A DNA stretch of 41,953 nt, taken from positions 1-41,953 of IMG/VR virus record IMGVR_UViG_3300044564_000014. One strand, written 5' to 3'. Shown piece after piece: positions 37,109 to 41,953 of this stretch. The notes under the pieces were generated by a model that was not told where the DNA came from, did no database searches, and saw only the letters and a list, made by a program, of their open reading frames with translations. Within the stretch, counting starts at the first letter, position 1, and each line of letters starts with the position of its first letter. This DNA comes from a virus. Lineage: Duplodnaviria > Caudoviricetes. The position numbers and the translations under genes are program-made.

Positions 37109-37210
37109 GTTTATTCCTTTATAAACGGATAAGAACGGCTCCGAACCCATTTGAACGCAAACGATGTTTTTCACTGCTTTTATCCATACGATTTTTATAA
37201 TTATTAACTA

Positions 37211-37693
37211 TTATTTTTCGTCATGATTCCTGGAATAGTTCCGGAGATCCACTCCACTCTTGAGATATGCGTTCCGCATCCGTTGATATCTCATCTTGAT
37301 TGTATAGTCATAATCTACTGAGATGCCGTTATTTTCGCACCAGGCACGCACTGCCTTGAGTATCGAACAACCGCTGTCATGCAGATCATTGAGATCCTTC
37401 CATAACTGCAGGCGAAAGGTATCTTCTATGGTTTCTATGACCGCTGCCCTGGCATGAGGTCCCAAATAGTTGTAGGTCACCACCGGTTTGGCCTTGCTGT
37501 CCGGAATACGGATGGCTACCTCTTCTTTCTCACCAAAATCTGGACGGGTATCATGCGGTTGCTTTGCAAGGAATCGTCTAATTGTAGAATTCTCTGCTGA
37601 TCCGACAGGAAATGTTACAGGATTACCATAGTGGTGATTGAGCCATTGCTGGATGAAAGGCTTGACTTTAAGATAGACAACGTAATTACTCAT
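37211..37693 (-). CDS. Hypothetical protein, candidate transcriptional activator
   Basis: 160 aa; C-terminal 'AVRAWCENNGI...TIKMRYQRMR' HTH-like; own canonical promoter TTTG-N20-TATTTTTG (37718-37749). Confidence 0.55.
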   Translation of the reverse strand: MSNYVVYLKVKPFIQQWLNHHYGNPVTFPVGSAENSTIRRFLAKQPHDTRPDFGEKEEVAIRIPDSKAKPVVTYNYLGPHARAAVIETIEDTFRLQLWKDLNDLHDSGCSILKAVRAWCENNGISVDYDYTIKMRYQRMRNAYLKSGVDLRNYSRNHDEK

Positions 37694-37759
37694 GAGTGCA
37701 AAAGGTTGATTTACCTACAAAAATAGGAAAATTTGTCGATAATTTCAAATTTAAATTGG

Positions 37760-38130
37760 GGAATGTGATTTTTATGCCCTATTTTTTGTAAATATTTGTG
37801 ATATTTTTTATATTTTCTTTCTTTCAACTATATTCTTCTGAGTTTCAATTCCGTACTAATTTTCTGTAATTTTGTGATATGTGATTTTATATTTTTAAGT
37901 AGTTGATTATCAATATAAAACCCATATCACAGATTTCTCACACAAATTATTTTGGATTTTTTGTTTTGTGATAAAGGTTATTGATGCCTTATCAGGAACC
38001 TTATATCACAATCTTATTTTTTTTGTGATAAGTTTGTGATGTAAGTTTGTGATAAGTTTGTGATGTTCAAACTCCCTTTATTTATTGACCTTTTGACCTT
38101 TTTTTAAACTAACATTACAGAATCACAAAA
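37760..38130. repeat. AT-rich iteron-like array (TGTGAT/ATCACA), putative replication origin
   Basis: About 12 copies in both orientations, including a 21-bp direct repeat TTTGTGATAAGTTTGTGATGT at 38022-38042 and 38046-38066; directly downstream of primase-helicase. Confidence 0.6.
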
Positions 38131-38285
38131 TTTTTATAGTAAATTAAAAAGGGGGGAAGGGAAAAAATAAAACAAACAACTCAAAAAAATGCAGTTGTAA
38201 TAAAAAAGTCACATATATATACAAAAAAAACGACGGACTCGCTGATCATTCAGGGGGCCCGTCTAGATTGGCACATAAAAAATAA

Positions 38286-41180
38286 TTAAAATGGTATATC
38301 GTCTTCTTGGGTTTGTTTTATTTCTTCTGTATCTGGAGATGGTCCATCAACTGATCTTAGATAGATCATGTCTTTCGTTTTAAGAATTCCAGGTGCAATT
38401 GCTACACTTTTCTGTATTCTTCCTGAAGAATTTTTAAGGCAATCTGGATTAAGTTCAATCACCCATGGGCAGATCTGTACAAAGGACTTGAGCTTGCGAG
38501 TGAACGATTGCATCGTCACGCGGTTGGTCTTGGCATATCCCATGAAGTCTTCTAGTACCTGGTCACGCTGTAGCATTTTGTCCAGGTTGCCTCCTTCCTG
38601 AGAGAAGTACCCATAAGCCCAGTCCTCGAAATTGGAGCCCATGTCGGCCTTGAATTTCCTCTGCACGATATTTTCCATCGGTGGGAGAATTTTGATCGGT
38701 TCGTCGGATAAGGAGAGATAGAACCTGCAGCACTGGATGAAGAAATTAATGTCGGCCATCCATTCCTCCTCGCTGTACGCACGTCCGTATAAGTCCTTTC
38801 CGAAATCATCGCGAATGGAGCGGCTTTCAAGGTAATCGTTGTCTTCGGTCTTCTGATGATAGTAATCCGAAAAGACCATATAGAGCAGACGGGCCTCACT
38901 GGATGGGTCGAAGTCAGCGGGTACGAAATTAGTTGTAAAGGCAATCTTAGGACTGTCCTCAAAAGGAATGGTAAAACTCTGATTGTTCTTTGGGTTGACC
39001 GTCATATCCGAAGTGATATTGTCGTAAAACAGCCCCGTGTTTAAGTATCTGTCGCAGTCATCCAACAGGAGCATCTGTGTATGCTGATTAACTTGATCAA
39101 AGACGTGCGGGTTATCCATTAACTTAGGATTTCTTCCGGACAATTTTACGGTTTTCATTAAAAAAGAAAGAGTCTTGAAGAAGAACGATTTTCCGGATCT
39201 TCCGTTGCACTCGTTGTCCTCTCCGATCTTGTTGTCCATGGCCATAGGTGCCCACGCCCGGGACGGACTCTTGTAGTGGTGGAGCATATACCCGAAAGTG
39301 AAGATCTTGTTGATGAGATTCTGTTTCTGCTCGTTGATTTCACTTTCGGTCAGCCCTGCTCCACAGATGTCGAATAGGTGATTTTGCCGATATTCCGCTG
39401 CAGCCTTCGGATCATCTGTGAAGGGAGTTTCCATTTCCTTCCTCCAGTAGAGTCTTGATGTGTTGATGAGATAGCCGAAGAAGTGACTTTCGACGTTGAG
39501 AATTTCAATATCAAATTTATCATTTGCTTTATCGTCTTTTGTTCTGTCAATGCGGAACATATCCGGCATGGCTTTGAAATGATGTGGTATTACGTTTTCT
39601 TGCCACACATAGTTATGCAGGTCATCACTCCCCGGCTCATAATCTGTAATCGTGCCGTCGTCATGCACTTCTATCGTTTTATTCGGAAAGAAGAATAATT
39701 GCGACTTGGCGGTATAGTTCGTGAAGTCCAGATCACATTCCTGGAGACTTTCCAGTGCAGCTCCAGAGAGTCTTGGCGTATTCAGGACGAGATTCAGAAT
39801 ATCCCTGTCTTCGAACCGTTCCACAACCCATGCGCGGACGAACTCACGTATATCTTTGACCGTGATTTTTCTCACGATATTTCCTTCCACCCTCACATAT
39901 TGCGTGATAATTGAGTTTTCGTCGTGGAGGGCGAAAAAGCCGTTCAGTTGCAGGAAATTGAACAGGCAGGCAGTGTCTATTTCATGTTTCCATTTGCCAT
40001 CCTTGTTCTGATAGCTGACCCAGAACTTGGCAGGCATGGCAAGCTTCATCAGATTTTTAAAGTCCTTCTTTTCAGATCGCAGTTCCATCCAGTCCCGGAG
40101 ATCCTTTCGGGACTTACCGCGGTTATCCTTGTATCTTCCAAGACTTTTGGGAAGCCATACTGTATGGATGTCGATATATTTCAGGGCGAGTTCCTTACCT
40201 TTTCTGACTCCCGTCTGATCAATATCGGGGATATTGTACAGCACATCCACGTATTTCATAATCTCCCGGTATTCCTCTGCACTGAGCTGATAGGTCTCGG
40301 AATTGAACCACAGCGGATAATATCCCATGGAGTGGCAACAGAGTGAATCCCGCTCTCCGGAGCAGATGAAGGCTTCCGGCAATTTCTTTTCCTTGTAAGG
40401 TCTGTTCTCATCATGTGTGCGCATCCACTCTTTTTCCTCCTTTGAGTTCATCTGGTGATACGCCTCTTTCAGTTCTGACAGACCGTTGATGTAGAACCGT
40501 GGTTTTTTGCCGGCAGGTGTGTAGGAGAAGCGGAACCCCTTATCGCAGTTCAACGGCTCGTAGACCTTGCAAAACTTTTCCTCCGGTTTGTCGCCATCAG
40601 CCGGAGCGATGAGACACTCCCGGATGAAGATGGGATAATGCTCGTTACTATATTTGACTGTGACATTACGGTCTTTTACGTTGGTGATCCACTTGACTGA
40701 ATGCCAGTGCAGATCATCCACATCTTTTTGTGTTACCCGTGGTCCGAGTACTTTCAGTTCATCTTCGGTAAGTTTTTCATTAAGTTCGAAATTTCTCGTT
40801 CCGTCCTGTTCGTCCTGCCTGGCTGCTCTTTGTCGTATATCAGGCTTGTTTATCGTATGGTCGAGTTCGTCTTTCACGCCATAGATGGAAGCCATCTGCA
40901 GCAAAGCCTCGTAAAATCTTGATCGGTCAAAGCCCTTCTCGTGCATATACAGGTCAATGGCATTTTCGCCCCGGCCGTCACCTCCGAAATCCGTTACCTG
41001 CCAAATCTTGCCGTATTTCTGAGACTCAAACTGCCTGAGACTGCATGAGGGAGTCCTTTCGTCCCGAATGGCGAAATGTTTATTCCGGACTCCCACACAG
41101 TCCTTGGCCTGAGGATAGAGATCAAGGATGATCCTAAGACCTCCGTCCGTTGCTCGTAAGATATTCTCTGGTCTTATCAT
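38286..41180 (-). CDS. DNA primase-helicase (replication protein)
   Basis: 964 aa; N-terminal 'RDERTPS...W..TDFG' primase domain, TOPRIM-like 'CSGERDS...PDID.TG', Walker A GRSGKS, 'LLLDD', 'FTTN' SF3-like helicase. Confidence 0.85.
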   Translation of the reverse strand: MIRPENILRATDGGLRIILDLYPQAKDCVGVRNKHFAIRDERTPSCSLRQFESQKYGKIWQVTDFGGDGRGENAIDLYMHEKGFDRSRFYEALLQMASIYGVKDELDHTINKPDIRQRAARQDEQDGTRNFELNEKLTEDELKVLGPRVTQKDVDDLHWHSVKWITNVKDRNVTVKYSNEHYPIFIRECLIAPADGDKPEEKFCKVYEPLNCDKGFRFSYTPAGKKPRFYINGLSELKEAYHQMNSKEEKEWMRTHDENRPYKEKKLPEAFICSGERDSLCCHSMGYYPLWFNSETYQLSAEEYREIMKYVDVLYNIPDIDQTGVRKGKELALKYIDIHTVWLPKSLGRYKDNRGKSRKDLRDWMELRSEKKDFKNLMKLAMPAKFWVSYQNKDGKWKHEIDTACLFNFLQLNGFFALHDENSIITQYVRVEGNIVRKITVKDIREFVRAWVVERFEDRDILNLVLNTPRLSGAALESLQECDLDFTNYTAKSQLFFFPNKTIEVHDDGTITDYEPGSDDLHNYVWQENVIPHHFKAMPDMFRIDRTKDDKANDKFDIEILNVESHFFGYLINTSRLYWRKEMETPFTDDPKAAAEYRQNHLFDICGAGLTESEINEQKQNLINKIFTFGYMLHHYKSPSRAWAPMAMDNKIGEDNECNGRSGKSFFFKTLSFLMKTVKLSGRNPKLMDNPHVFDQVNQHTQMLLLDDCDRYLNTGLFYDNITSDMTVNPKNNQSFTIPFEDSPKIAFTTNFVPADFDPSSEARLLYMVFSDYYHQKTEDNDYLESRSIRDDFGKDLYGRAYSEEEWMADINFFIQCCRFYLSLSDEPIKILPPMENIVQRKFKADMGSNFEDWAYGYFSQEGGNLDKMLQRDQVLEDFMGYAKTNRVTMQSFTRKLKSFVQICPWVIELNPDCLKNSSGRIQKSVAIAPGILKTKDMIYLRSVDGPSPDTEEIKQTQEDDIPF

Positions 41181-41461
41181 TACTGTATGTTATTATTATT
41201 TCTGATTGCATTTTTCTTGTTCAGAAATTCTTTGGTGGTACCCAAAATTATTTCCGCAAACGTTTCATTCTTGGTCATCATCTCCACAAGGTAAGATTGC
41301 AGTTTTTCTTTCTTCGTTCCATAAGCGCAATGAAATTTGGAAATCAATTCGTTAATGGGCTCGTCGATTACGATAAGATAACTTCTGCGTTCTTTCTTCC
41401 ATTTTTCTTCCATGTCAATCAGACTTGCTACCATTTCCTGCCATTTTTCTTTCTGTGCCAT
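41180..41461 (-). CDS. Hypothetical protein
   Basis: 93-aa ORF coupled to primase start. Confidence 0.55.
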   Translation of the reverse strand: MAQKEKWQEMVASLIDMEEKWKKERRSYLIVIDEPINELISKFHCAYGTKKEKLQSYLVEMMTKNETFAEIILGTTKEFLNKKNAIRNNNNIQ

Positions 41462-41559
41462 TTTTATTAATATTTAGTTCAACATATTTTTGGTCAATCA
41501 GGCAAAACCGCCCATTGATGCAATTCCTTCCATTCTTACATTTAAGGCAATATTTGAGA

Positions 41560-41796
41560 TTAGACATCCTGTATATTGTTTGTAGTAATAATTTCTTTAA
41601 GCCTTTCTTCTACTTTCCCTTCCTCCAAGCATTTGATGTCACAATGCCATAGATTATCTTTCCTCGGATATGTTTTCCTTACATCCATTTCAAACCATTC
41701 TTCCGATTTATCGAGATAATCATAAAGTTGGTGTAATATATGAGACGAAAAGTTCAAAGAGATTTTAATTTGGTGTTTACCGAAGATTTCTTTCAT
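41560..41796 (-). CDS. Hypothetical protein
   Basis: 78-aa AT-rich ORF co-oriented with early genes. Confidence 0.45.
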   Translation of the reverse strand: MKEIFGKHQIKISLNFSSHILHQLYDYLDKSEEWFEMDVRKTYPRKDNLWHCDIKCLEEGKVEERLKEIITTNNIQDV

Positions 41797-41953
41797 TTCT
41801 TATTTTTTAATATAATGATACAAATTTCATTCTGTGTGGTGATTGCGGTACTAATTTTTGTTAATTCAAAATATATATCTTTGTAAATAGCTAAAATACA
41901 ACTACTTTTATGGAAAAATACAGACCGATGTTGCTCAAAGACTTTTTCAGTAG

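Larger units (their letters stand above)
118..41953. mobile_element. Temperate prophage (Bacteroidota siphovirus-like), right end beyond window
   Basis: Integrase beside tRNA; terminase, portal, protease, capsid, tape measure, lysis and primase genes all co-oriented; no second att copy seen in the window. Confidence 0.92.

Noticed and set aside
38022-38066. CRISPR-like repeat
   Set aside because: Only two 21-bp copies separated by 3 bp, no spacers and no cas genes; better explained as iterons

Overview
Left part of a temperate, tailed (TMP-encoding, siphovirus-like) prophage of a Bacteroidota host (many TAnnTTTG promoters), apparently integrated at a tRNA-Met (45-117) with a tyrosine integrase next to it. 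All other genes are on the minus strand. In transcription order they are: primase-helicase and an iteron-like AT-rich region; ClpP-like prohead protease; major capsid; probable tail tube; PLD-like nuclease; terminase; an accessory block (ArdC-like protein, HicAB, two AT-rich membrane/secreted morons, and a small operon apparently under antisense-RNA control); portal, neck and tail genes; a diversity-generating retroelement (DGR); a lysis cassette; and the tape measure gene. The DGR is the main feature: a 122-bp TR/VR pair whose 17 differences are all at TR adenines. Its reverse transcriptase is atypical: FVDN instead of YxDD, a ~50-aa insertion, and a fused ~170-aa C-terminal domain, and there is no room for an avd gene in the cassette. 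Also seen: a phage-specific late-promoter motif (4 copies), a P4-CI/P1-c4-like three-copy antisense switch, and large hairpins around ardC. The right prophage end is not in the window. Protein calls come from motif recognition and gene context only; no database searches were run.
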